A stretch of DNA of 64,000 nt, from positions 167,898,001 through 167,962,000 of the forward strand of contig CM059425.1 in NCBI GenBank assembly GCA_030390025.1, in the 5' to 3' direction. Shown piece after piece: positions 13,670 through 26,121 of the stretch; position 1 is the first letter of the stretch; every line of letters starts with the position of its first letter. The translations under genes were made by a program, and so were the position numbers. The stretch is from Squalus acanthias (Eukaryota). Under the pieces are notes generated by a model. The model made no database searches. It was not told the DNA's origin and saw only the letters and a list, made by a program, of their open reading frames with translations.

Positions 13670-14513
13670 GGAGGAAAAATTGGGTATCGCCCATTTTGGG
13701 GCGCTAATATCGGCCGGGCGCAAAGTTTAGCGCCTGGCGCTAATTATCGCCTCCGACTGCAAAATTCGCCTCTATCGCCCCTGGAGGTTGATTTGAACAC
13801 TAAATCAGGTGCTACACACCTCTCTTAGGGCGCAAACATCGGGGAGCGAGGCGCTAACTCAGAACGCTACCGAAGCTCAGGCGATGTCAGTTACCATGGA
13901 AGCCAGACAGACTGGCGCCGTCCAGTTCTTAAAGAGGAGGGGCCATCTTGCTGGCCAGCCACACCCTGCACTTTGCAGCCTTGAATCTCAGCCTGGAGAG
14001 ACCTCAAAAGTAATTGCGTTGGAAGCACTAATGGATAGGTCCAGGGAAAGAGCTCGGCGCTTAGGAACCTCAAAAGTGGTGCTGAGGGTGAAAACTCCTT
14101 AGGACAGTGTTAAATCTTTCCAGATGTCTCTCTCCCTCTCAACCTGCGTGTACCAAAAATTTTGCCGACAAGAAAAGGCAGGAAGCGCCCGCCTTTAAAC
14201 AGTGCTCCCCCAGCCCCTTCCCGACTTGAAAACGTTCCCCTCTACCTGTCGTTCCTAGCGGCAGGCGCTAAGGCAGGGAGCACAACTCAATATCTAGTCC
14301 GGTGCGCTATCAACGGGTTGCACGCTCGACTGACGTCACGATCTGTGGGCGCAGGAGATCGTGGCGGTAGTGTTTAGCGCCGCCGCAAAACGACTGGTCA
14401 ATTTCGTGAGCGGCGCTAAAATCACCGCGTTTGGGCATTACACTCCTTGCGCCCCGTTAGCTGCCCCCGGAGGCACTAACAGGAGGTGCTAACCAACCAA
14501 ATTTTTTCCCCCC
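13670..14513. mobile_element. MITE, deletion derivative of the 9588-13394 Harbinger family
   Basis: Left ~390 bp aligns by eye to 9588-9955 and right ~450 bp to 12943-13394. Confidence 0.88.
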
Positions 14514-15088
14514 TTAGAAATTTTGGAATTTGCTAATCCTGTAATTGTTATTATTTTAAACATTCAGCTTACATCAAGCTGTTAAATGTACAGCATTTTA
14601 TATTCTCTGATATAGTAATTTTACAGTAAACTATCAAGCACGGCCCTCGCTGTCCAATTTGCCATCAGGCAAAGGTATGATATCAGCAAAGAATGAGTAA
14701 TCTGAAACAACCTATCCCCTAAATATACTACCATCTACAGGAAACACAAGTTATATGATGGTCTTTGTAAATCAGACAAAACTCACATTATAACATCAAA
14801 CATGTTTTAAAGGGGCATGTGTCTTCATGAAAAATGTGTTTGGCAATCGTTTATCTTTGTATACAAAAACATGACTCAACATCGATTGTGCCGTAAAGTA
14901 CTATTGCAGTACTTGCGTTGCCATCATTATAATGCAGATAACACAAGGCTCGTTTGGCCCCTTACCTTCTCCAGTCAAAAAGTAAACTTGGCAAAAACTT
15001 TATTTCTATCAAGAGTACTTCATTAACAGCAGCAGTATGGTTTTGTTGTATGTGTTAATGAGTTGGGTGTGTGTTGCTTTTTATTCCC

Positions 15089-16850
15089 AGACATGATTTT
15101 GCCCAGCTCGGCGGGTCCGTGGCGGCGGCGTCGGTGGCAGGTCCCAACCCCGCTGCTGGCTCCAGCCCACTCTGCAGAATGATTTTACGTTGATTGGGCT
15201 TGTTAAGCCCGCCCAGTGCGTTTGCCGGCCAATTGAAGGAAGCGGGTCTGATGACGTCATTTGATGACGCGTCATCAGCCGGTTTCCTTAAAGGGACCAT
15301 GTGCAAATTTATTTTGACATTTGTGCTGTCAGTGTTCTACAGCATTGAGGTGCTGGAAACACTAACAAGCACTGCACAGAGGTGCACGACTGCACCCAGG
15401 CTCTCGCATGACTCCCTCCATATGCTTATGGAGAGAGTCACAGCATGCAGGGAGGTCCTCTTCCCTTCCAATGGGTGGAAGAGACCTCCCCAGGAGATCA
15501 ACACAGCCTGGTTGCACATTGCACAGGAGGACACAAGCAGGGATGTCGTCAGGAGGACCAGGCTGCAGTGGCACGAACCTTTCAATGATCTCAGTAGATC
15601 ACGAATCGTTACTGCAAAGCCACACTCAACCTCATAGAAACATAGAAAAATAGGAGCAGGAGTAGGCCATTCGGCCATTCGAGCCTGCTCCGCCATTCAA
15701 TATGATCATGGCTAATCCTTTATCTCAATACCATATTCCCACTCTCTCCCCATACCCCTTGATGCCTGCTGTGCCACTCATCACATCCCCATCACTCTGC
15801 CTTCCCTACCCTACTCCTGCACATCCTTACTCACACCAACTTACCTTGCACCTTCACCCATCCCTCTCTATCTACATTATCACTTCCCCATCTCACTAGC
15901 CACCTCTCACACTCATCCTAGTCCAATCATACCAACATACAACACACAAGGGTAGGCACTTAGGTGTTTTATGCAATGTTAATGTAAAGTTTCTGTTATT
16001 GTGGTGTCAAACATTGAAACCTTTATTTTCAACATTTTGCGTTCTTGGACAGATCTGTGTGCACTTTTGGAAGTGGCTTAGTGATTTGCAGTGAATGGTG
16101 AGACATAATGGTACCCCCTGCAATGAGGATGAGTGTGAAAGGAATGGCTTGGGCATTGCAGGGATGCTTTATGGTGCTGATGTGGGGTGGTGCCAACCTG
16201 GCGCATCATGTGGCAGCCAGGGTGTACAGCGTTAAGTGAAGTAAATCTGGCCATGGTGAGGCCTCCCCGGCAGCAATGTGCTCAGGTGCTGATGCCCTGT
16301 GCAGCATCAGGTGATTGCGGAGAAGGTTGGAGCTGTTGTTGGTGCTACTGGTGTGCCTGGTGATGCTGATCATGGTGGGGTTCGGTGGACCAAGCTGAGA
16401 TAGTTTCAAGGGCACCAATGCTGATGTAATAGATGGCTGGTGAACTTGAGATGACAGAAGCGATCTGTCAATGGTGAGAGAGGTTGTTCCAATGAGGTGA
16501 CACTGGATAGAGAGTTTGTTCCAAACACTTGCAACCTGCATAAAGATCAATCTGTCTTCCAAATGCAGTAAGCAATAGCTTCTGAGCTTGGAAAGTGAAC
16601 AGCTGTGAGATGGGAGCGTTTATAGCACATTTGCAGCTGTCAAGTAATGAGATAATTCCATGGTCATACAACTCCCGACCTCCTTACCTGACGTGATCCC
16701 CGAGCAGCATGGACCCCGTGGACAACCTCGTAAAATGGTAAGGTGAGCTCAAAATACTTTAATTTCTTCCCGACCCACTGTCAAAACATTTTTTTCCCCA
16801 CCCAACCCACCACCAAACGTGCCCGTTGACCCCCCCGAAAAATTCACCCC
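15089..16850 (+). mobile_element. Decayed Harbinger derivative with a Myb/SANT exon (15370-15610)
   Basis: Translates APRLSHDSL...EVLFPSNG...AWLHIAQE...FNDLSRS. Right end aaaattcacccc. Left boundary approximate. Confidence 0.7.
15633..15762 (-). mobile_element. Short CR1/SINE 3' tail fragment nested in the Harbinger derivative
   Basis: catagaaacatagaaaaataggagcaggagtaggccattcggcc... is the reverse complement of a CR1 3' UTR and tail. Confidence 0.8.
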
Positions 16851-16947
16851 TCTAATTCCATTCTGCTGTGTTTCTCAGTCACAAGATACTTATGGATCAA
16901 GAAGGCCATCTTAGTGCATCCATCCAGAACAACCCTATAGTCCCCAC

Positions 16948-17125
16948 ATAGAATCATAGAATAGTACAGCACAGAAGGAGACTATTCGGCCCATCGAGTC
17001 TGCACCGGCTCTTTTGAAGAACAATCCAGTTAGTCCCACTCTCTCCCCATATCCCTGCAAAGTTTTTTCCTTGAAGTATTTATCCAATTCCGTTTGGAAG
17101 GCTACTATTGAATCTGTATCCACCA
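16948..17125 (-). mobile_element. CR1 3' fragment
   Basis: Translates ...VAFQTELDKYFKEKTLQGYG..., followed by an (attctatg)n tail. Confidence 0.85.
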
Positions 17126-17129
17126 CATT

Positions 17130-18800
17130 GCTGTATCTAATTATTTCTTAAATAATTCTAGGGTTTTTTGCCTTCATCACTCTTCCCAAAAGACCACTCC
17201 AAGTATTGATATCACTCTGTGTGAAAAAGAACCTCCTGCTATCAGTCCAAAAGTTGCATTTTACTTGTTTGAAGCTCTGTCCCTTTGTCCTACTCCCACT
17301 GTTTAATTTAAAGTAATATTCCAGATTAACCTATTCCATACCATTTACTATTTTATGTACATCTGTAAGATCATCTCTCAGAAGCCTTTCTTCCAGGCTG
17401 AAAAGCCTGAGTTATCCCAGTTTTTCCTTATAACTCAGAACCCTAACATTAGGTTTCAGCCTTCTCTGCACTGCCCGCAGTACTTGAATATCTCTCTCGT
17501 TTCTCACAACCAGAACAGGACACAGTACTCAAGGTGCCATCTGACCAGTGCACTGTACAATTTGATCACAAATTCTTCGAACTTGTTTTCTACTGTTTTG
17601 ACTATGTAGTTCAATATTCTATTGACTTTGTTGATTGCTGTTCTGCATTGGTTGGACATGTTGAGCATCAAGCCTACTAAGACTCCTAGGGGAGAAATTC
17701 AGTATCGCCCCATTTGGGGCACAATTATCAGCCGGGCGCAAAGATTAGCGCCTGGCGCTAATTATCGCCACCGACTGCAAACTTGACTTTTATCGCCCCT
17801 GGAGGTGATTGGAGCGCTAAATCAGGCGCTTCACACCTGTCTTAAGGTGCAAAGGCCGAGGAGCGAGGCGCTACCTCAGAGTGCTGGCGAAGCTCATGTA
17901 ATGTCAGTCAACAATGGAACACACACACAATGACACGGGCCAGTTCTTAAAGGGGATGGTTAATCTTGCTTTCCATCCACATCCTGCTCATTGCAGCCTT
18001 GAATCTCGGCCTGGAGAGACCTGCACATCAAATCTGCTGGACAGATCAATGGAGAGTACCAGGCAAAGAGCTCAGAGTGCAGCCCCCACAGTCTCTTCTA
18101 AATCGATACAAGGAATGGCAAATCAAAATGAACCTGCAAAGTGCTGCTCAGTACCCAAAACTCCTTCACACAACATTGAATCTCTCCAGAAGTCTCTCTC
18201 TCTCTCGCTCAGAATGCGTAGTTCAAAAATGGCACCAACAATAAAAGGCAGGAAGCGGTCACCTTTAAATAGCGCTCCCCCTTTCCCTTCATGACTGCAG
18301 TACGCTCCCTTCAACCTGTCGTTGCTAGCGTCAGGCGGTAAGGCAGGGGGAGCCACTCAATATCCGCTCCGGGGCGATACCGGGGCGTTGCGCACTCGAC
18401 TGACGTCACGATCTGCGGGCGCAGGAGATCGTAGCGGTAGTGTTTAGCGCCGCCGCAAAATGTCTAGTTAATTTCGCGAGCGGCGCAAACTTCGCCGCGC
18501 CTGGGCGCTAGATGCTTTGCGCCCCATTAGCGCCCTCTTAAGGCGCTAACGGGAGGCGCAACCAACTGAATTTTTCCCCCCTAGGTTTCTTTCAACTTCA
18601 TCTTTAGCTATTTCAACCTCATTCATGAAGTATGCACATTGCTCATTTTTTCCTTTCTATGTCCAATAATTTACAATTGTCTGCATTAAATTTCACCTAC
18701 CATTGTATGGTCCAATCACATATATTGTTTAGCTCATTCAATACTTTCTTGGCTACTTCTTCAATTCCACTGCCCTTCCTAGTTTGGTATCATCTACAAT
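17130..18800 (-). mobile_element. Old CR1-group LINE fragment split by a MITE
   Basis: Degenerate RT C-terminal motifs (...ALVRWHLEYCVLFW...) and a DDTKLG-like motif near 18790. Confidence 0.65.
17689..18580. mobile_element. MITE of the 9588-13394 Harbinger family
   Basis: Same subterminal sequences, TIR ggggagaaattcag / ctgaatttttccccc, 3-bp TSD (CTA or TAG). Confidence 0.88.
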
Positions 18801-19215
18801 TGTTTTAAGAAGCATCTTAAATGAGAGGTGGAGAGGCTTAAGGAGGGAATTCCAGAGCTTAGGGCCTAGGCAGCTTAAAGCATGACCACCAATGATGGAG
18901 CGATTAAAATCTGGGAAGCACAAGAGGCTAGAATTGGAGGAGCGCAGAGATATTGGAGGGTTGTAGGGCTGGAGGAGGTTACAGAGATAAGGAGGGGCGA
19001 GGTCACTGAGGGATTTGAAAATAAGGATGAGAATTTTAACATCAAGGCATTGGGAGCCAATGTAGGTCAGTGAGCACAGGGGTGATGGGTGAATGGGACT
19101 TGGTGCAAGTTAGGATATGGGCAGCAGAACTTTGGATGAGCTCAAGTTTATGCAGGGTGCAAGGTGGGAGGCCAGCCAGGAGAGCATTGGAATAGTCAAG
19201 TCTAGAGGTAACAAA
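18800..19215 (-). mobile_element. L2 LINE fragment
   Basis: FVTSRLDYSNALLAGLP...LELIQSSAAHILT...SPITPVLTDLHWLP, a typical L2 ORF2 C-terminus. Confidence 0.85.
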
Positions 19216-20289
19216 TGGATGAGGGTTTCCCAGCACATTGCGGCCATCTCTCTATACTACACTCTGCCTGGCCATACCCTCCTCCACAATCAAGGCCATT
19301 TCCTACTCAATAGGACAAGCCTTCGTGCTTGGTGGTATCAAGGTTAACACATAAATGTCAACCTAGAGAACCAACAAAAACTGACAAAAAATTTTCATTT
19401 GAATTACATTCTGCAATTCAGGCCATTTTTCTGTGAAAGCTGAAACCCTATACCATTTGATAACATATCCTGCACTTCTGAAGAATTCTGCTCAAAAATA
19501 ATTTCTCTTGGAATGGTTAGATATTTAAATAACAAAATTGTGGTTGAAAATTACAATGGACTCTTGATTTTTTTTTGCCGTAAAGGGGTTGTAGGAAAAA
19601 TTCCGTGTAAATTTCCTGAAATATGTTCTCAGAATGGAGTTACAGCTTAAAGTGGCTGTGAAAATGGAGTCAGTAGTTGAACTGAAAATGGTCCCCACTC
19701 CACTTTCCACCCTGCCCATTGGTAAGCTGTATGCAAATTGAGCAGCATTCAGAGGAAATTCTTCCCGAGATACCTTCAGGATTTTTTCCAATTAAACTTA
19801 CCTGCCACCAGGTGTCTGGCCATGGGCTGGCTTGGGAATCACCTGTCGGTGCACTGGTTTCCAAAATGCCTTAACACCTATAAATCGGAATATGGTTTCT
19901 ATTGTATTTTATAGCAGCTTTATATATTGTGCTTTGTTAACTTCAAACAAGTCATTCCACAAATAATTATTGCATGTATGATAATCAAGTTGTGTATATT
20001 AAATATAAGTTTATCATTTGATAATAAATTTACATTTGGATGGGCTTATTGGCATTAACACTTACAACACACACAATATATTTTATGTTCTGCAATACTA
20101 CTTCAGACTACAAAATACATATTCTGCAAATGAAACAACACTGGAATCAGTTATCAGCTTTACAAAAGTCTAATGCAATTGTTCTTTTAAAATTCTATGA
20201 TAAAAAGCTTGATATAAATAATACAAACATATTGGTTTCAATAGAATGTACACTAGTATCCTTAATGTTCCTGCTGTAGAAAAAAATGG

Positions 20290-21834
20290 AATATTAAAAT
20301 TTACAATTTATTACTAAGGTAAAGAATGGCATGAATAATACACGTGTGGCTTTGTCATTTTCACAACCTTTGCAAAATTAACTAGGGGCACTGAACCATG
20401 TTATAGTTTCATAGTAGGTGCAAACTGTGCATCTCATTTTACAGTTAGCACAGTAGCACCTGAAACTGGACAATGGTGGGGGTGCACTCAACAAACTGGG
20501 GTGAATACGAATTCTGCAGGAGAGGGAAAAATGAGCCGGTGCCACATCTTATGTAGCTGTGCAAGCATGGCCCATTTGTGATAGAAATGCCCTTGTCAAA
20601 GCTGTCTTTGTCCTTTTAGTTGATAAGCAACACAACTGATAAAGTAACATTATCTGCTGTAACTGTGATGTGAGTTAACAACCCCAAGTTGTTGCTAAGC
20701 AAATTTATTGTGCTTTAAAGGCATGATGTCATCCTGCCAGGGGTCAGTAATAGAAGGATGTGCCTGAAACAACTAAATGCCAACAGTGTCCAATGGGTGT
20801 TACCCACACCACAAACCTGCCATTAAATTTAGAGGAAACCGAGATGATAATATTCATGCAGTTGGCATCATCTTAGTCTGTTTCCTGCAGTCTTTTTCTA
20901 ACTTTCAAGTAAGAAAATAAACAATAGTTCGTATTTACAATAAATAATTGGTGTGTCGTGGGATATCCTGTTTCCTTTCATGTACTTTGTTTATGACTTG
21001 AGGCACCATTTGGCATTATGACTCTGGCTTCTTAGCAGCACCAACTTTTTTGACAGTACTGGATGCGATAAGAACAAGCACAGTCCCTATTTTTGAATGA
21101 ACTCAAATGGTTTGAACGATAGAGAGCATCTGCTTTAAAATAAGCTGAAAGAATAAAATGGTCCAGTTCAAGTCGCATTACAGGCAGTATGAAATGCCAG
21201 TGTTGTGGATATATAAGATGGCTGTAATATTAAATCAGTTAAGATATTTGATAAACTTTGGAGAGCAGAGACAAATACATAATCAGAAGCTGTATATTAT
21301 TTGCTAATGTGGGCTCTGTGGGTCAAGTGACATTCTGAAGTCCATGTTTTGAAGCACTGGGTTAAACAGGATAAACCCAAGGCCAGAATCAGATCTTGTA
21401 CTCGTCTTTGAAACATATCACTTTCATAAACTTTACAAGATGGCATTTCATGCCAAATAATATGTAGCATATGTTATACTGCCACAGAAAATGCAAAATA
21501 AGGTGCTTAAAAAAAGCACAAAAGCTATTTAAATAGGATTTTTTTTTAACTGACCACTTGGGCCTACTGCTTATTCTAACCTGGATCTGCCAGTTCTTGG
21601 CACTAGCTCTACACATATCTGTATTGTTGACCTATGTTGTGAACCATACAGGATCACGGAAAACCTTACCTATTGCTGTAATTTAAACTACAAAGAGAAT
21701 AATAAAAATCTTTTATAAGGCCAGTGCCTTTCATTGCATCCTTGTGATGCTTAAAAACATTAAAATAGATGTTTAAAAATGTTTTTTCCTACAAAAGCAT
21801 GTCTTTGAAATGATGCAGTCACTCCATACAAATG
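20290..21834 (-). other. Putative 3' UTR of the SLCO3A1-like gene
   Basis: AT-rich stretch after the stop codon with no repeat I recognise. Minus-strand AATAAA at 20704-20709 and 20307-20312. The true 3' end cannot be determined. Confidence 0.4.
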
Positions 21835-22217
21835 TTAAAGCACAGATTCAATGTTTTCACACATTTCATTCTCTCCCAAATGGTAGATAAATGTTGTCCT
21901 TCCAGCTGATACGTTTGAATCCGCTGCAGCCGCATCTAATGTTAACGTGGATGCAAAGAGATCTGAAGTGGTCATTCGACCAACCGAGTCCTCATCTCCC
22001 TGAATATACTTCTTGGAATGACTCTTTATGTAATGCCATGTAGTTGTATACAATATAAAGGCAATAGTCTTCAAGCCTATGGCAATGCTGACATAGAGAT
22101 ATCTGTATGAATCGTTATTATATAAAGCACACGCTCCAGTTTTACTGCAGGTTTCTGACCAGATGAGACAAGTAGAGTCAATTGCAGCCCCAAAGATAAG
22201 TGGCGGTGGGATAAAAC
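21835..22217 (-). CDS. SLCO3A1: SLCO3A1-like terminal coding exon (TM12 plus cytoplasmic tail ending in PDZ-type ESVL)
   Basis: ctcttgtttag|GTTTTATCC. Translates (G)FIPPPLIFGAAIDSTCLIWSETCSKTGACALYNNDSYRYLYVSIAIGLKTIAFILYTTTW...FASTLTLD...EMCENIESVL*, closely resembling the recalled OATP3A1 C-terminus. Confidence 0.96.
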
Positions 22218-23120
22218 CTAAACAAGAGTAGAAAGATACACAGAATAAATAAAATGTACCCAGTTATTAACCAGAATTCCAATGAAAATATAAGAGATTG
22301 TAAGTGAATAATAAGACTGGTAACCCTTTTAAAGATTACTTACCACTAGCTTTACTATCACTTTGTTTATTTCTGCCTTTGCTTTGAACTTTTTTAATGA
22401 TATAATTAAGTGGTGGGTGAACTGGCTGACAGTTCAGAGGAACTACTGCGTCTGCGTGGAATATTAAATATAAGGGTACATCAGTAATTCTGCAGTCCTA
22501 GCAGGAAGTTTTAGCTTGAAGTGGTGCAGGTCAGAAACAGGGCTACAACACTGAGAGCACAGGATATTTGAAGTTATCGAAGGCTCTTTGGCGCAGTGTG
22601 ATTTATCCTCAACTGTATATTAATTCAGTTACCTTGTTATATTGGGTTCAGTGACTCCAGCGAGTTCACTGCAATTATTGATTATAAAGGAAGAAGCGAT
22701 GGTGACATCCCTTTGCGGCAAAATCATTTTTTACTTGCTGACTGTCATAATTTGCCTACAGGTCCAATATTAGTTTACATAATCTAGAAATCACCGGGGA
22801 TAAATGTTTGTTTGTTAAATGAACATCTGAGCCTCTGGACACACCTGTTACTACTCCTTTACAACTGGTGATGGTGCAATTGATTTTAGCTTGAGAAGAG
22901 CTGTGTACACAGTGGGGTCATTTTGACTTTTGCGATAGTGTAAAATGGGCGATAGCGAATTGGCAGCTCGTTTCACATCTCTCCCGAATTTCATTTCCAT
23001 TGCAATGGAACACTATCAAAATTACCGTTAGTAAGTGAATGAACACATTCAATTTATGACTCAGTTCAGATACTGATGCAAAACACAAAAAGAAAGTCAA
23101 CTATCCAAAGCTAACATTTT

Positions 23121-23863
23121 GGCCGGAATTTTCACAGGAAAACACAGGTGGGTTGGAGGTGAAGGTGGAAGTGAAAGTTGTAAAAGTTTAAAACCTGACC
23201 CCAACCCGCCTCCAACCCACCCACTTTCACCTTTTACTCAGGCGGGACTGGGGGGGTGCAGCCAATCCGCTGCCAGGAGGCGGGTTGGCAATTTAAATAT
23301 TATAATGAGGCCTGAAGCCTCTACTTTAACCTGCTTTGCAGGTTTACTGCAGGCGGCTGGGGATCCCGGGGCTCGGGATTCCCGGTGGCTGCAACGAGGC
23401 GGCCACAGCCTCGGGGAGCAATTCTTGTGGGCAGGAAGGAGCAGGAGTGCTTCCACCCGGCCCCCCAAGCTCCCCCACCAGCAGCCTGCCCTCCCCGGGT
23501 CAGGATTACGAACCCCCAGGGATCGGACTCCCCCTGGGCTTGGAACACTCCCACCCGGGATCGCGACCCAGCCCCGGGGATCGGACCCCCACCCCCCCCG
23601 GGGATGGGAACACCCGCCCCTCCCCACCATCCTGGGCCCAGCACCTATCTGGTCCTGTGGCCTCCTGGTTCGCGTTCCCCGCCCTGACTGGAAGCCAGCC
23701 TGTCAATCAGGCTGACCTCCGGGCGGGGAACCCGCCCTTTACGTCACACGCACACTGTGGAGTTAAAACTCTACAGCGTGCAGGGCAACCCGAACTTCCG
23801 GGTTTCCCGCCGTCTCCCGGGTCCCACCGCATCGTGTGGGTGGGAAACGGGAAAATCCAGCCC
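23121..23863. mobile_element. GC-rich MITE
   Basis: TIR ggccggaattttc / gaaaatccagccc with TTT on both flanks. Confidence 0.7.
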
Positions 23864-24439
23864 TTTTGTTTTATATGGAAAAAAACCTAAAAGTACACAG
23901 CAGGTCCAAGAAAAGATAAGCTAGTTTTTCTGGTTTGATGACGGGACCTTTTTTTCAGGAGCTTACAGGCCTGCTGTCAAAATGTAATATTTTCCCCAGA
24001 GTCTTTTTTAAATTTCAAACACTATTTGATTTCAACTCCAATTTTCATGTAATGTTCTTCATATTACACATTTCTGGTAAACCTATGATTAAAGATGGCA
24101 GAAAATAATATTTTTCGATTTCTGTGGCCATTTTGAGAAAATTGGGCAAAAAATGCTCTGAATGAAATTCTGAAGCATGCAGCCTCTTAAAGTGAGCCAT
24201 TTATTAATTTCAGCTGTTGAATGATAGGCAGCCATCACAAAGTAATAGTTCTACAATGAAATAGCTGGATCTGGACAAACATGAGAGCAAATAGATGCTT
24301 CCACACAACCTATATATGTCTTATTCAATGTCTGGGTCAGAATTGTTTTACAGATGCAAGAAAACCATTTATTGGCAAGGCCATATTGTAAAATACTTTG
24401 AAAAAAATATTCACAAGTTATATTAAGAGTCCCAATCTT

Positions 24440-25433
24440 TTTAATTTGCTCTCTGTAATATTTTTTAAAAGTTGGGATAAAAACAGTTTCTCATTTCCTG
24501 GTTTCCTGTCTGTGAGAATTCTGCAATGTGATTGGCTGCTTAGACAGCTTGTTGCTGTTACATCAGCATCGCACTAGGAATTCCCACTACACTGCGCTGA
24601 AATCACTTGAACGTCGAAAAAGGCAAACTTCTCACCACAGAGATCGCGAGAGGGTGTAAGGATAAACCCAGCAACTACAGGCCAGTCAGTTTAACCTCAG
24701 TGGTGGGGAAGCTTTTAGAAATGATAATCTGGGACAAAATTAACAGCGACTTGGACAAGTGTGGATTAATTAAGGAAAGCCAGCACGGATTTGTTAAAGG
24801 CAAATCGCGTTTAACTAACTTGATTGAGTTTTTTGATGAGGTAACAGAGAGGGTTGATGAGGGCAATGTGGTTGATGTGGTGTACATGGATTTCCAAAAG
24901 GCGTTTGACAAAGTGCCACATAATAGGCTTGCCAGCAAAGTTAAAGCCCATGGAATAAAAGAGACAGTGGCAGCATGGATACGAAATTGGCTAAGTGACA
25001 AGAAACAGAGTAGTGGTGAACGGTTGTTTTTCGGACTGGAGGAAGGTATACAGTGGTGTTCCCCAGGGATCGGTGCTAGGATCACTGCTTTTCTTGATAT
25101 ATATTAATGACTTGGACTTGGGTGTACAGGGCACAATTTCAAAATTTGCAGATTGGTGGAATGGGCCGACACGTGGCAGATGAAATTTAACGCAGAAAAG
25201 TGCGAAGTGATACATTTTGGTAGGAAGAACAAAGAGAGGCAAAATAAACTAAAGGGTACAATCCTAAAGATGGTGCATGAACAGAGAGACCTGGGGGTAT
25301 ATGTGCACAAATCGTTGAAGGTGGCAGGGCAGGTTGAGAAAGCGGTTAAAAAAGCATACGGGATCTTGGGCTTCATAAATAGAGGCACAGAGTACAAAAG
25401 ACTTTGCTTCGCCGCTGACCGCAAATTCCGGAC
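24440..25433. mobile_element. Right half of a 36203-type MITE containing a CR1 internal fragment
   Basis: 24440-24650 and 25405-25433 match 36620-36903. Confidence 0.7.
24651..25400 (+). mobile_element. CR1 RT internal fragment, truncated at both ends
   Basis: [40 protein letters not shown] followed by a deletion. No 3' tail. Confidence 0.9.
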
Positions 25434-25599
25434 ATATAGATTTCACCAATACTAGGAAAATTTCAATCTGCATAACCAATTAGTGCCATCGGAGGTAAAA
25501 TTTAACTCTTTCCAACTCTTCTAGACCCCAGGACCTACAGTATAAAACCCAGCCTCCCACTTGCTAGTTTATGGCCTTTTTTACCTACTCCTACCATTA

Positions 25600-25860
25600 A
25601 AGATCCCTGTAGTGGATGTTGCCTGGAGGTTGGATTGAGAAGACCACATAATTTGGTAACTATTTCCCTGGTGAAGCATATGGCAACAACAGGCCTCTTC
25701 TGACATACTCAGGTAGCTATGCCAAGGTCTATACACATTGTTCCTGAGATGACAGCAATTTCATGCTAAGCAGCTTAGGTGTAATCGCGCCTGTCTTTCT
25801 TGCCTCCAGAGAAACGCCTCTTCCTCACTCAAATCTAGGAATGCCATTAGAATCCCCAAA
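25600..25860 (-). pseudogene. Old Harbinger transposase N-terminal remnant
   Basis: Minus strand VYRPWHSYLSMSEEACC..FTREIVTKLCGLL resembles RVFREQFSYIYLSEEQC..RFSKEVLTELCHLL of the 12 kb copy. Confidence 0.55.
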
Positions 25861-26121
25861 GGAATTACTATGCTGATCACTTTGTATGTTGCAAGTGAAG
25901 TAAGCAGCTGACAGCAAAAGTTACATGAAAAGCAGTTTAAGTAGCAAATGAAAAATAACTTGCACACCATTAACAATAAAAGATTAGAGATTCCTGAAGC
26001 TTAGTGAGGCTATTTTCTCCCTGACAGACAGATGACCATTTGGCATGTTAATGTGAAATAATGCCAGCAAAATATAAAATAATTTAATAAATATAAATAT
26101 TCATTAGTAGCAAGAAACGAA

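Noticed and set aside
14627..14674. Possible 48-bp plus-strand micro-exon (ttacag|...|gtatga)
   Set aside because: No recognisable peptide and no supporting partner exons; chance splice-like sites are common.
23119..23890. Several overlapping 100-200 aa ORFs
   Set aside because: GC-rich MITE interior with no recognisable domain, open on both strands.
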